From Fistulifera solaris (lineage: Eukaryota), in assembly GCA_030295235.1 (NCBI GenBank), contig AP026128.1, forward strand, positions 1,116,001-1,180,000: a DNA stretch of 64,000 nucleotides, read 5' to 3'. Shown piece after piece: positions 34,301 to 46,006 of this stretch (the stretch's first letter is position 1; each line of letters begins with the position of its first letter). Under the pieces are notes generated by a model. It did not search any database. It was not told where the DNA came from and saw only the letters and a program-made list of their open reading frames with translations. The position numbers were made by a program, and so were the translations under genes.

Positions 34301-36628
34301 CTACTTGAGAGACTTTAATGCTGAAACAATCCTTTCACACACCTGAATGCAATAATCTCTCGATGCCGTTGTTGGCGAGACCATGGCACAAATAATATTA
34401 TCGTGTCGAATTACATTCAAACCACCTCGACGCAGCAAAGCAACCGCCATGTTGGTTCTTTTATACTCATCGTCGTACGGTTCGATTAGAGCTACCTTCA
34501 TCACGCTCCCAAACGTAGCAACACTCTCGACATGAGGTAAAAGTGAAATTTCAGATACCTGTTTCTCATCAAACGCCATAAAAGAGCCCTGATCGTTTTG
34601 GATGATGGCTTTACAAGCTTCTAGCTCGTGAACAGTTCGAACAAACTCATCTGGCTGTGCTGCATTGAGGTGTCCGAACAGCAACGCTTCGCCTGATTCG
34701 TCACCAAGAAACGTTTCAAAAACTTCGTTTGTTGTTGCAATAGTAGAAGGTGCACCGCCCGTTCCACCGCCATAGCAAACAATATCTGCTTTCACCTGAA
34801 GCAATCTTTCAGCATTCAGTATTCCAAAGCGATACATTCCCGACATTCTTTCATCAAAGATAACAGGGACTCCTCTCGACGTGGCCACATCGACCAAAGC
34901 GCGCTGCCATAACGGGTCGACAAAATTGCAGTCTAGACCAGCCATGACTGGTTCTAGTATAGCTCCGCCAATCTTTCGGTTGACGCCACTGTGTTCGTAG
35001 ACCAACAACTGCATTTCAATCATCTCTTTGTACTGCGAGTGCAGCTTCCGATGCGAAATGAGTCGTGTGCTGATATCCATAACAGAGGGAATACTCTCGA
35101 ATTCAAACTCAGTTTCAATCTGATATGATTCAGGTATAGAAACTTTCAATGTTCCGTACTTATACGCCCACGTCGGCGTCTCAAACAATAGACTTTTAGA
35201 CGAATACCAAGGATGCTGGTCTTCCACAAATGTTTGACGAGGTCCTGCTACATTGAGTGCACCTAGCGTATCGCCATGGTAGCACCCTTCTTGCCCAGCT
35301 ACCGCCCAATCATATTTTTGCGGATCAGAAACATCCTTCCGGCGATGATATGTCCGTAGTGCCATGTACAGCGCCGCTTCAACATGATTACCTGCGGCAT
35401 ATAAGACCTTATCCGCACCAAGTGTTTGAGCCAATGTCAAGCTAGGCGAGGTAACAACCGGATTCAAATCAAGACGCCCGTAGCGACCGAGTGCTGCCGT
35501 GGTCGCAAGATTTTGTGTTGAATCTGCATGGCCTAATATTGTGGAAACAACGCTCATATCGTCAGATTGAACGCATTCAAGCTTGGCTCCTCCTTCGCTA
35601 AATTCCAAAAGATGGTGCCGATTCTTCGTTGCGCTGTTCACGATGGCGACCTCGCTCTGCTTTGTATTCTTGTGCTGTATGTTAGGATACCATAGGACGC
35701 TGCTAGCGTCTTTGGGCATAGATCGCCAGTCGTGCACTTGTCCTTCGTGCCAGTTCTGCAGATAATCATCCAATTGTGAAAATTGTTTGCTGGTGGATTC
35801 GTACCACTCGAAGAGAGGTACTTCTGGATCTTCAGGAATGGGAGGCAACGAAATAATAGACTGCGATGGCACATGAAACAACCTTTCTCCGGTACCCGAT
35901 CGAAACGGCAATGCCTTTCGTTCCGCTAAAGCTCGAATAGCGGACACATTGTCATAACCATTTTCCAAAAGAACTAAAGCAGCAACATCATATCCACGGG
36001 CAATCACTACCTCCAGAGCCGCCAAGGTAGCACTGATCCCACCCAGACGACCATCACCTACTAGAACAACGGGGGCTACTCCAGCTAACTCTTGATACAA
36101 ATCGGCTTGAGGGATCCAGCCCCACTGATTCTCTGTCAATGCATGACGAGGTGTGCAATTTTCCGGTGACGCGGAAGCTGGACTCAAAGCTCCCCCAGCT
36201 GTCTCAATGTACGATGTGAGATGATCATATTGTTGCTGTTGCTGCTGTAGGGCTTCCGTCAAAGCCGAGAGTATCTGTTCATCACCGACTGGTTTGTTTT
36301 CTAGAGTGCAAGCCGTGTGAGGCGACGCGGGTGTATCCCACGAAAAGAGCGTTTGAGCCGTCAATTGACTTTTGTGCTTCACATGGCGCTCCACAAAATC
36401 CTGATCACTTCCTCCACATTGCAGCGGTTTGATGTAATGCACTGGGCGTTGCTTCGAACTAGCCTGAACGAGCCCCGCCGAAATCACTGTTTTGCCGACA
36501 TCTGTATTCGCCCCAAAGATTATGTTCGTCCTCTGTTTCGGGGTTATTCGCCACCTCGACGAAGGAGCAACAGACGAGAAGAGCCGCTTTTGGAACAAAG
36601 AAGCGCGATAAACGAGAGCTGGACTCAT
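34301..36628 (-). CDS. BIO3-BIO1: Fused dethiobiotin synthetase / DAPA aminotransferase (BIO3-BIO1); aminotransferase half degenerate
   Basis: BioD: GANTDVGKT, YIKPLQCG, SPH, IETAGG, LVGDGRLGGISAT. BioA-like: YHGDTLGA, ILEPV, DPLWQRAL, PVIFDE. Confidence 0.9.
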   Translation of the reverse strand: MSPALVYRASLFQKRLFSSVAPSSRWRITPKQRTNIIFGANTDVGKTVISAGLVQASSKQRPVHYIKPLQCGGSDQDFVERHVKHKSQLTAQTLFSWDTPASPHTACTLENKPVGDEQILSALTEALQQQQQQYDHLTSYIETAGGALSPASASPENCTPRHALTENQWGWIPQADLYQELAGVAPVVLVGDGRLGGISATLAALEVVIARGYDVAALVLLENGYDNVSAIRALAERKALPFRSGTGERLFHVPSQSIISLPPIPEDPEVPLFEWYESTSKQFSQLDDYLQNWHEGQVHDWRSMPKDASSVLWYPNIQHKNTKQSEVAIVNSATKNRHHLLEFSEGGAKLECVQSDDMSVVSTILGHADSTQNLATTAALGRYGRLDLNPVVTSPSLTLAQTLGADKVLYAAGNHVEAALYMALRTYHRRKDVSDPQKYDWAVAGQEGCYHGDTLGALNVAGPRQTFVEDQHPWYSSKSLLFETPTWAYKYGTLKVSIPESYQIETEFEFESIPSVMDISTRLISHRKLHSQYKEMIEMQLLVYEHSGVNRKIGGAILEPVMAGLDCNFVDPLWQRALVDVATSRGVPVIFDERMSGMYRFGILNAERLLQVKADIVCYGGGTGGAPSTIATTNEVFETFLGDESGEALLFGHLNAAQPDEFVRTVHELEACKAIIQNDQGSFMAFDEKQVSEISLLPHVESVATFGSVMKVALIEPYDDEYKRTNMAVALLRRGGLNVIRHDNIICAMVSPTTASRDYCIQVCERIVSALKSLK

Positions 36629-37149
36629 TGTGCAAGAGGATAATGAATACAATCGAATGCACGTCGTGTTATTGTTGTGCGAAATTTGTGATGGCGCAAA
36701 ATTTTGTGAAACGAAAGGTGCGCGTCGCTGACGTCATCGGCCAGTCACCCATGCGTCGGTTCACGATTGCGAGAAGGAATAATCTTTAGAGCCAATGGCC
36801 GTCTGTAGATAAATCATCGAGCAGTGCAAATGCTGCATGCATCTGCATATAATGCGATTTTGATCTTATCACGCCGTAATAAGCGCGCAGAACGGATCGA
36901 AAATATAGTGAGTAACCTTACGGAACACGGAACTTCATTCGAAGTGTTACTCATGACTGAAATGCAGTCGCTTTATAGTAGTTCTTGAAGAGTGAAGTTT
37001 ACTGTACAGGTACTGCCCGCACCGTCACCGCCCGCACCGCCCATGCGAATAACAGCATGAATGCGATCAAGGAAATGTCTAATGAATAGACTACTGTAAT
37101 GAATCAAAGCCGATCACTTCATTTACTCCAGATAATAGTAGTCGAGAAA

Positions 37150-37776
37150 ATGGGAAGAGGCCAGCTTGTTTTCAAAGGCGAGGCGACTAAAAAGGCAAAG
37201 AAAAAGGTGAAACACGATCGCAAACAGGACGCAGACGTCGTCGGAGCAGCTGTGGTGAAAAATCCGCTGCCGAAATATGAACCCGGCGTCGCGAAAGCTA
37301 AGAACGGATCTTCAGTTCCACCTCCTACAATTGAAGATGGAATAGGGCAAATCACGTCGTCTGGAACGGTGATTATGGGGCACGGAACGTCATTTATGAA
37401 TACACTCTCTGTAGGCGACGCTATCTTGGTACAAATCGATGAGAATTCACCGCCAGAGATGCGTGTGATCACCATGTGTCTTTCCAATACTTCCATTAAT
37501 CTTAGCAGCTCTTTCTCACGGAGCTTGACGACACCAACGTCGTTTCAATACATTCGAAAGCCGAAAGTGTCTGGGCAATCACGAGCAGCAAAGACGAAGC
37601 TTGAACAGGACGATCATGAAAGGGCGAGTGGTTTTCAAGGTAGTAATGTTTTGGTGTATCGAGAAAGTACCGAGACTGGTTCCTATCGAATCAAGAAAGA
37701 AACAGTGGCAGGCGATGTGTCTCGTACGCATTTGTTGGAGATGCGAGCGAAGAAGAAGAGCGACAAGTATTGCTAA
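37150..37776 (+). CDS. Conserved-looking hypothetical protein with FRG1-like termini
   Basis: N-terminal GQLVFKGEATKKAKKK and C-terminal LLEMRAKKKSDKYC resemble the FRG1 ends. Confidence 0.7.
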   Translation: MGRGQLVFKGEATKKAKKKVKHDRKQDADVVGAAVVKNPLPKYEPGVAKAKNGSSVPPPTIEDGIGQITSSGTVIMGHGTSFMNTLSVGDAILVQIDENSPPEMRVITMCLSNTSINLSSSFSRSLTTPTSFQYIRKPKVSGQSRAAKTKLEQDDHERASGFQGSNVLVYRESTETGSYRIKKETVAGDVSRTHLLEMRAKKKSDKYC

Positions 37777-38179
37777 GATTGCCTTTTGTTATTTAAAAGC
37801 TTTTGGCTTGTAACGAATAACAAAAATACAGCTAAGGAAGTTCAAGGAAGAAATCAAAGAAGCTGATGGGCATTTCGCAAAGATTGCTGCAACAGTCGTA
37901 CTGCCCTTATTTATGTTCGGCGTTTTGAGCCATCCTCCATGCTGTCGCCTCTTACAGAAAAAAACTATGGGTGGTTCCCGCAGCTTATCAGCTTGGGCAT
38001 CGCTGAGACAACCTTATTGTTATTCAGTGTTTGTCGATATAAATACAAAAAACCACCATTTTTAAGTTATTGACAGGTCGCTACTTGGATCGATAACTCA
38101 TTACATTCTTTATTGAAAAGTTCATCATTCCTCGATCATCTAAATATTAAGTTGAATCACCGTGGTCATCTGCAAGTGC

Positions 38180-38491
38180 ACGTTGCAGAATTTTTTTATG
38201 AGAAAACATTTCATTCTGTGGTGGTCCAGAAATTCTGGACCAGTTTTTCCAATCCTACCGAAATGCTGTGCAGGTGTCAGAAATTCTCGAGACGGTTTTT
38301 GGATTAAAGCGAATACAGGTGCCAATTCCAGAAAGTCTGGAAACTGTGCTTTGATCGTGACGAGAGTAAGCGCATAATCCAGAAGTTTTGGAAACTGTGT
38401 TTGCTTGTCATACAGAAATTCTGTGGTGGTCCAGAAATTCTGGACCAGTTTTTCCGATCCTATTGAACCGCTGACGAAAACACGCGATGAT
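38180..38491. repeat. Partial copy of the ~205-bp higher-order palindromic repeat
   Basis: Near-identical to 40500-40791, including the unique end CCGATCCTATTGAACCGCTGACGAAAACACGCGATGAT. Confidence 0.9.
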
Positions 38492-39255
38492 GTTACCTAC
38501 AAGTCGTTCGATCGCCCAGTTTCTTTAGCTTTAATTGTCTTTGTTGCAATGAAACAGGCATCAACAGTGTTGTCATTAAACGTCATTATATTTACGTCGA
38601 AGAGCCTTGTGAAACGTTGTCTGTCTTATTTTACTATAGACCCAAAGTGTTGGTTTACGGAGACCACGACTGCATTATTTCAGTTATGAATCAATATTCT
38701 TTCGAGCAAATAATGTTACCTACAAGTCGTTCGATCGCCCAGTTTCTTTAGCTTTAATTGTCAATGTTGCAATGAAACAGGCTTCAACAGTGTTGTCATT
38801 ATACGTCATTATATTTACGTCGAAGAGCCTTGTGAAACGTTGTCTGTCTTATTTTACTATAGACCCAAAGTGTTCGTTTACGGAGACCACGACTGCATTT
38901 CAGTCCTGAATCAATATTCTTTCGAGCAAATGATGTTACCTATCTACAAGTCGTTCGATCGCCCAGTTTTTTTTCTTTAATTGTCATTGTTGCAATGAAA
39001 CAGGCATCAACAGTGTTGTCTTTATACGTCATTATTTTTACGTCGAAGAGCCTTGCGAAACGTTGTCTGCTTTGTTTTACTATAGACCCAAAGTGTTGGT
39101 TTACGGAGACCACGACTGCATTTCAGTCATGAATCAATATTCCTTCGAGCAAATGATGTTACCTATCTACAAGTCGTTCGATCGCCCAGTTTTTTTAGCT
39201 TTAATTGTCATTGTTGCAATGAAACAGGCATCAACAGTGTTGTCATTATACGTCA
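38488..39255. repeat. ~223-bp tandem satellite (about 3.4 copies, resuming at 39836-39866)
   Basis: TACAAGTCGTTCGATCGCCCAG at 38498, 38721, 38945 and 39168. Confidence 0.95.
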
Positions 39256-39835
<580 letters not shown>

Positions 39836-39867
39836 TTATATTTACGTTTTACGTCGAAGAGCCTTAT

Positions 39868-40791
39868 ATGCCAGAAGTTCTGGAAACTGTGTTTGCTTGT
39901 CATACAGAAATTCTGTGGTGGTCCAGAAATTCTGGACCAGTTTTTCCGATCATACCGAAATGCTGTGCAGGTGTCAGAAATTCTCGAGACGGTTTTTGGA
40001 TTAAAACGAATACATGTGCCAATTCCAGAAAGTCTGGAAACTGTGCATTCTTCATGACGAGAGTAAGCGCATATTCCAGAAGTTCTGGAAACTGTGTTTG
40101 CTTGTCATACAGAAATTCTGGACCAGTTTTTCCGATCCTACCGAAATGCTGTGCAGGTGTCAGAAATTCTCGAGACGGTTTTTGGATTAAAACGAATACA
40201 TGTGCCAATTCCAGAAAGTCTGGAAACTGTGCTTTCTTCATGACGAGAGTAAGCGCATATTTCAGAAGTTCTGGTAAATGTGTTTGCTTTTCAAACAGAA
40301 ATTCTGTGGTGGTCCAGAAAATCTGGACCAATTTTTTCGATCCTACCGAAATGCTGTGCAGGTGTCAGAAATTCTCGAGGAGTGAGTCGGTTTTTGGATT
40401 AATACGAATACATGTAACTATTCCAGAAAGTCTGAAAACTGTGCTTTAATTGTGACGAAAGAAAGCGCATATTCCAGAAGTTCTGGAAACTGTGTTTGCT
40501 TGTCATACAGAAATTCTGTGGTGGTCCAGAAATTCTGGACCAGTTTGTCCGATCGTACCGAAATGCTGTGCAGGTGTCAGAAATTCTGGAGACGGTTTAT
40601 GGATTAAAGCGAATACAGGTGCCACTTCCAGAAAGTCTGGAAACTGTGCTTTAATTGTGACGAGAGTAAGCGCATAATCCAGAAGTTCTGGAAACAGTGT
40701 TTGCTTGTCATACAGAAATTCTGTGGTTCTCCAGAAATTCTGGACCAGTTTTTCCGATCCTATTGAACCGCTGACGAAAACACGCGATGAT
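39868..40791. repeat. ~205-bp higher-order repeat (4 x ~51-bp palindromic subunits), about 4.5 copies
   Basis: CCGAAATGCTGTGCAGG at 39955, 40141, 40346, 40558; CCAGAAnTTCTGG-like cores about every 51 bp. Confidence 0.95.
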
Positions 40792-40969
40792 AACGATGTA
40801 TTTTTTGATTGATGAATATTCGTTTATATTGATGCTAAAGCATTGAAGCAATTCCTGCTCTATTTATATATTCATTTCTTTTCCTTGTAGCTTCTGTGGT
40901 TCTGTCTTCCTGTTGATGAATTTCTCATTAATTCAGCCTTCGCAATCACATCCTACGAAGGCGGAGATC

Positions 40970-41622
40970 ATGGAAAGAGTTCATTTCCCAGCGCAACAGT
41001 TAGCGCTCACATCATCTTCACAAGGCCCTCCGCTGTTTGGGGTAGTCATTTCAGGTTTACCTGTACGAACTGACTTTGTTCAAGTTGACTCGAATAAATA
41101 TGCATGTCGTTTAACGTGCCCCGGTGACATCACAATCCCATTGACATCCGTCACAGAGCTTGTTATTTTCCTATTTCAACCGCTGCCGCCCCAGCAAGGT
41201 ATACTATGCTACTGGCAAATGGTGGCGACGACTGGTCAACAGCAAGAAGCAACGGGCTTTGAATTACTGGGCTCACTAACACCCAACAATCCATCAAAAA
41301 TTTTTCACACGGGATGGGGCGAACACGAACAAATGGTGCAAGTCTCTTCATCCAATACACCCGTAATTCTTACCTTGGGTTTGTCGGTGGAACCAATGGA
41401 CACGATCCAGAACGTACAACAAAATAGCAGGGAATCGCACCGACTGTTTGTCGCGCAAAAATAGCGGCCGATTTGTATCGATTTCTACAAAGTTTTGATA
41501 CGGGATCGGCTGGATCGGGTCAAATGGTGGTCCCAAAGAATGTTTTTGATCTTTGGTATCAGAGGTTTGAAAGTAGACTGAAGAGGAATCCCAACTTCTT
41601 TCTGAAGTCGGAAGAAAATTAG
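40970..41622 (+). CDS. Hikeshi/OPI10 family protein; frameshift near 41460
   Basis: LFGVVISGLPVRTDF.QVD, LVIFL, FELLGSLT.NNPSKIF, LGLSVEP; after the shift AQKIAADLYRFLQSFD...VVPKNVFDLWYQRFESRLKRNPNFF. Confidence 0.88.
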
Positions 41623-41940
41623 TTATTCGGTTAGAGAAGAGATGCTTTTTGAACGGCTTTAGCGCTGAAAAGGCGAATACAGGGTACGGAGTATTTCGTT
41701 TCAAAATGGATTTAGGATAAATAAGCGTAGGTAATAATTTAGAGTGTAGATTTACAATTGATGAACAACTTTAGTACGTAGTACAGGCTAGGCCTACTTT
41801 GTATAGTTCGAAGCTGATTTCTCTGGTTAGTTTTATATGACTATGAACAAAGTGATATAAATATTGTTCCAGGTAGTTGTTCCTGAAAAACTTCCAGATC
41901 AAATTGATATGCGGCGGTATGCAGAATAAAGGATAGTGCT

Positions 41941-42417
41941 TTATCCAAAGATAGATAATCGTTTGCGTAGACGGCTGAATTTAGAGACCTTCACCGGAGC
42001 AGCGGCCTGTTCCGACCGAGGAAGAGTTCCTACCGTGTCAACCGACTTGCTGTCGGTAGAGCCCTCCGACGGAACAGCAGGCGGGACACCTCCGCCATTG
42101 CGGAATTGATTCATTATTTCCGCTGCTTGCAAGTTCTTCACCATCTCCGCCTCGGCTCCTCCATTCTCAGCAGCCGAAACAAGAGAGTATTTTGTCACCG
42201 AGCATCGTCGCTTGGGTGTCCGGCGTTTGGGAGCAATCTCTTCAGCAACAGTATCTTGCTCGTAGCCCATGTCTTCAATTGGAGCCGATTCATCCGGCTC
42301 TGCATCTCCATATCCATACACGTCCCCGGCGTCATCTCCGTACCCGTAGTCCATGTTCTGATCGTCGTAGCTATACGGTTGATCGTCATCATACGCATAA
42401 TCTTCATAGTCCGTCAT
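41941..42417 (-). CDS. Tyr/Asp/Gly-rich hypothetical protein with RRCSVTKYSL motif
   Basis: 158-aa ATG-started ORF; paralog at 47398-47820. Confidence 0.8.
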   Translation of the reverse strand: MTDYEDYAYDDDQPYSYDDQNMDYGYGDDAGDVYGYGDAEPDESAPIEDMGYEQDTVAEEIAPKRRTPKRRCSVTKYSLVSAAENGGAEAEMVKNLQAAEIMNQFRNGGGVPPAVPSEGSTDSKSVDTVGTLPRSEQAAAPVKVSKFSRLRKRLSIFG

Positions 42418-43591
42418 GGTGATTCTTATTTGGATTGTTTTGTTGTTGCGGAACTATGCGAGGTGGTGAATAATTTGCTTCCGTCGATCGATCTTCCTCT
42501 TTCCTGCGGTCATTTCGCTCGGCGTTTCATGACTAAACAAAGCTCGAAGGGCCTGCAGGCTTATTAAAAATATATAATGACGTACAGAATGAACTATACA
42601 CCTGAGGTTCTATGACTCTCAGGCGGGATTTCTGTACTAAATGCCTGCTCTCTCGGCAGAATTATGACCAATTTGCTCTGGGGCAATACTTTCTGTTAGT
42701 GGAGAAGAATTTTTTCGTGAACGGACAAACAATGACAGTTTTTCAGCGGTTTGATCTCGTAATGTCGCGTCACCAACTGCGAGAGAGCACGGTTTAGCCG
42801 TTATTTTTAACGGGCTCTTGCACCGTGCCACGAGGCCGACGTCTGATGTGGGAGTTTTTCGCCCTTTGATAAGTAGGGATACAGTAACTGAATAGAGTAC
42901 GTCCACCTCGTTCGATGATGTCATGATGATGTGGTACAAAATTCTCAAAAAGGTTCAAAATTCAAAAATAAGGTGGATCTTCAATCCCTATCTCTATTCC
43001 AGCTGAAGAAACGAGAGGAACATTTTTCTATTTCTAGACTAGGTCTCTAGTCTAGAGGGGTCTAGAGCCAACAAAAGGAAAATGTTGTTGAGGTGACAAT
43101 CTGCGAAACGAGGACAACATTTTGGTCGATCGTAAAATACGGCAGACAACGATTTGCAAGGCTTTTCGACGTAGAATATCAAGGCGTGTAATGCAAACGC
43201 TGCTAAAGCCTCTTTAATTGCAAAACGACCGATGGAGCTCAACGTATTTTGCTGAGCGAACGAACTGTAGGTAGTCTAGCACTGTCGCTCGAAAGAAAAT
43301 TGATTCATGACTAAGATGCAGTCATGGATAGATTGATGATACACTTTGGATCATAGTAGAAATCTTTTTCTATTTTAGTCAGACAGAAATTCTGAGCCAT
43401 TCCGAAATAAGACAATGGCGCAATGGCTATTACTGGTACGGTAGCCTTCGAATCGCATTCTGCTCATACCAGGTAGACTACCAGGAAGAACGAATGCACA
43501 AACGCAGTCGCACCCGGTTTACTTTTACATTTGGACACAACGCTGTCAGAGATCAGAGAGGTTAGAGCGAAGCTTCGCATCGAATGTTTCC

Positions 43592-44671
43592 ATGGAAGAG
43601 GAGCACAAGTACGAAATTGAGGGAACGTCCTACACTATTCGCGGACTCAAACACAGCGAATTAAAGGCGTGGGCCGACTTTTGTGCCTCGGTTTTCGCTT
43701 ACAAAAGGAACCCACCACCAAGTTCGTATTTCTTGCGGCACTTCCTTGCGGATCCAGATCGTCAAAGCTCCTCCTGGATCCGAGTAGCTTTGTTAGGTGG
43801 CAAACAGATTGTTGCTTCATGCCGAGTATTTTTCCGACGGGTTTCTGCCGTTAATACTGTATTGACAGGAGCAGGAATCGGTGAAGTATGCACAGATATC
43901 GCTCACCGAAGGCGAGGACTTTCGACGCAGCTTCTTCAGGATGCCTTTTCCATCATGGAACGTGATTCCATCTCCTTTGATTTCTCTTTCTTGCACGCCT
44001 CGGCGACCTTTTTCAACGTTTATCGGAGTGCGGGATATACTGTAAATGCAAAGTCTCGTTGGTACACGCCTCTTGTCGACAGTAACATTCTGACTGCACA
44101 GGCAACCCAGACTGCGCATTGCTTCTCCATTCGAATGGCTCAATTTCCACATGATGCGGACCAGCTTATGTACATACACCGAGTATACTCGGAGCAAAGA
44201 GTAAGAGGGACTATCGTTCGATCTCGCGACTACTGGGTCGATTATGTATCTGGAGAGTTGAAGGGGAGTCTTTATCTTTTATGCGACAAACAACGCGAAG
44301 AAGACAAAATTATTGGGTGGTTATCGTTACGCCGACGAGACGACGATGGTGCTATAACAAAATTGCAACTAAAAGAGTTTGGCTGTGCAGATCCGATAAA
44401 GAACTGCTATTCGGTTCTTGTTCAGTTAGTACGTTACGCAGTTGTCGAATTGTCTAAGGAAGCGGAAATAACATCTCAGTTTCGGCTTCAGTTGCCGAAA
44501 TTGGTTTGTGAAGACGCTAAACAGAGTTGCATAGGCGAATCATTCCTGTCAGACATTCGCGAAGAAGACGATCATGGATGGATGTATAAGCCGTTAGCGA
44601 ACCCTGACCTTGTTGACCAAGTTGTTGATCCAGACAGCCATCATCTCATTTGGCCAACCGATTCATTCTAA
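43592..44671 (+). CDS. GNAT-family acetyltransferase (Eis-like)
   Basis: Motif A GIGEVCTDIAHRRRGLSTQLL; FSFLHA...VYRSAGY; second degenerate GNAT half. Confidence 0.88.
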   Translation: MEEEHKYEIEGTSYTIRGLKHSELKAWADFCASVFAYKRNPPPSSYFLRHFLADPDRQSSSWIRVALLGGKQIVASCRVFFRRVSAVNTVLTGAGIGEVCTDIAHRRRGLSTQLLQDAFSIMERDSISFDFSFLHASATFFNVYRSAGYTVNAKSRWYTPLVDSNILTAQATQTAHCFSIRMAQFPHDADQLMYIHRVYSEQRVRGTIVRSRDYWVDYVSGELKGSLYLLCDKQREEDKIIGWLSLRRRDDDGAITKLQLKEFGCADPIKNCYSVLVQLVRYAVVELSKEAEITSQFRLQLPKLVCEDAKQSCIGESFLSDIREEDDHGWMYKPLANPDLVDQVVDPDSHHLIWPTDSF

Positions 44672-46006
44672 AAAGCTTTCGTGGCTGAGGTTTCGTACGA
44701 CCCAAGTTCCGCTTGAACTCGGTCCCTCACCATGTCGAAGAAGCGATGCTGCATTGCTTGCTGCGCAGTCCATCTTTCCTCGTGATCGTACACAAGAAGG
44801 TGATCGAGAAGATCCAAGGCATCTTCCGAAGGTACGCTGGGTGACACTGGCCTGTTTCCTTTCTTATGCGGAACAGCTGCATGTAGTTCTTGCCAGTAAT
44901 CAGACCAACGGACTCGCTGTGGTCGGTTAGATAGAGTAGGATTTGATTCGGGAGTGTATCTGGTTTCTAGTTCACGTCGTAGGTTCTCCGTTACTTCGAT
45001 ATTGTATTTGTTCACGTGAGGCCCACATGTCTTCAATTCCCAAAACGGCAATAATTTTGTGGAGTTGCTCCACATTATCACGACCACGAAAGAAGGGCTC
45101 GCGATGAAACAGTAAGCCAGCAAGTATGCAACCAACACCCCACAAGTCTATAGCGTAATCATAGTAGCTGTTTCCTAGCAACAATTCAGGAGCCTTGTAG
45201 TGCCGACTTGCGACTCTCACATTGTAAGGAATGGACGGATGATAAAAATCCGCCAAACCAAGATCAATTAGTGTCAGAGGCGAGCGGTGCATCCCATCCT
45301 CTCCCCGGCGGTTGACCAATACGTTTCGTGGTTTGACGTCGCGATGCATTATACCCGATGCATGAAGACCGTCTAATGCGGCCAGTAAATGGTATAAGTA
45401 ATATCGGATTTCGTAGTCCGTCAAAAAGGAATGGGCTTGCGGGGATGCTGAACCGAGATTGTTATCTGCTGAATGACAGAACCATTGCGATTGGGGACCC
45501 GCGTGCTCCATAATTAGAGCTGGCATGCGAGGAAGATCTGTAGAATGCTCTCGATACTTTTCAAAATACTGGGGTGAAATCACGACGGCAATAAGACGGA
45601 CAATGTTGGGCACTTGCGCGGCACGCTCCAGAACCAAGATTTCGCGGCGAATTTTGCGTTCGGCGACAGGTTTCAAGCATTTCACTACCACCAAAGTCCT
45701 TGGATCCACAAACGAGGGAGGTTTATTTGCTGTGATCTTTTTCTCTAAATTGACATCGACAGCTTCGAACACATCAGAGAACTTCCCTGTCCCCAGCCGA
45801 CGCGTCAATGCAAAATCGTCGACAGAACGGACGAGAACAGTTTGCGAAGGGAATTGGTTATTCTCGTAATCATAGTAAGACTGAGGCTTTTGGGAGCAAC
45901 CAAGCGGATATGCTTTCTCTCCTTTGGTATATCGGAATAGAAGAGTACAAAATGCGTGGACGATCAGAAAACGCCGCATGGACGTTGTCGAGGAAATGCG
46001 ATGCAT
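44668..46006 (-). CDS. Casein kinase II alpha-like kinase with N-terminal signal-like peptide; frameshift near 45025
   Basis: LGTGKFSDVFEA, VVKCLKPV..RKIRREI, GIMHRDVKPRNV, LIDLGLADFYHP, YNVRVASRHYKAPELL, REPFFRGRDN and LDLLDHLLVYDHEERWTA..AM.H.FF. Confidence 0.88.
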
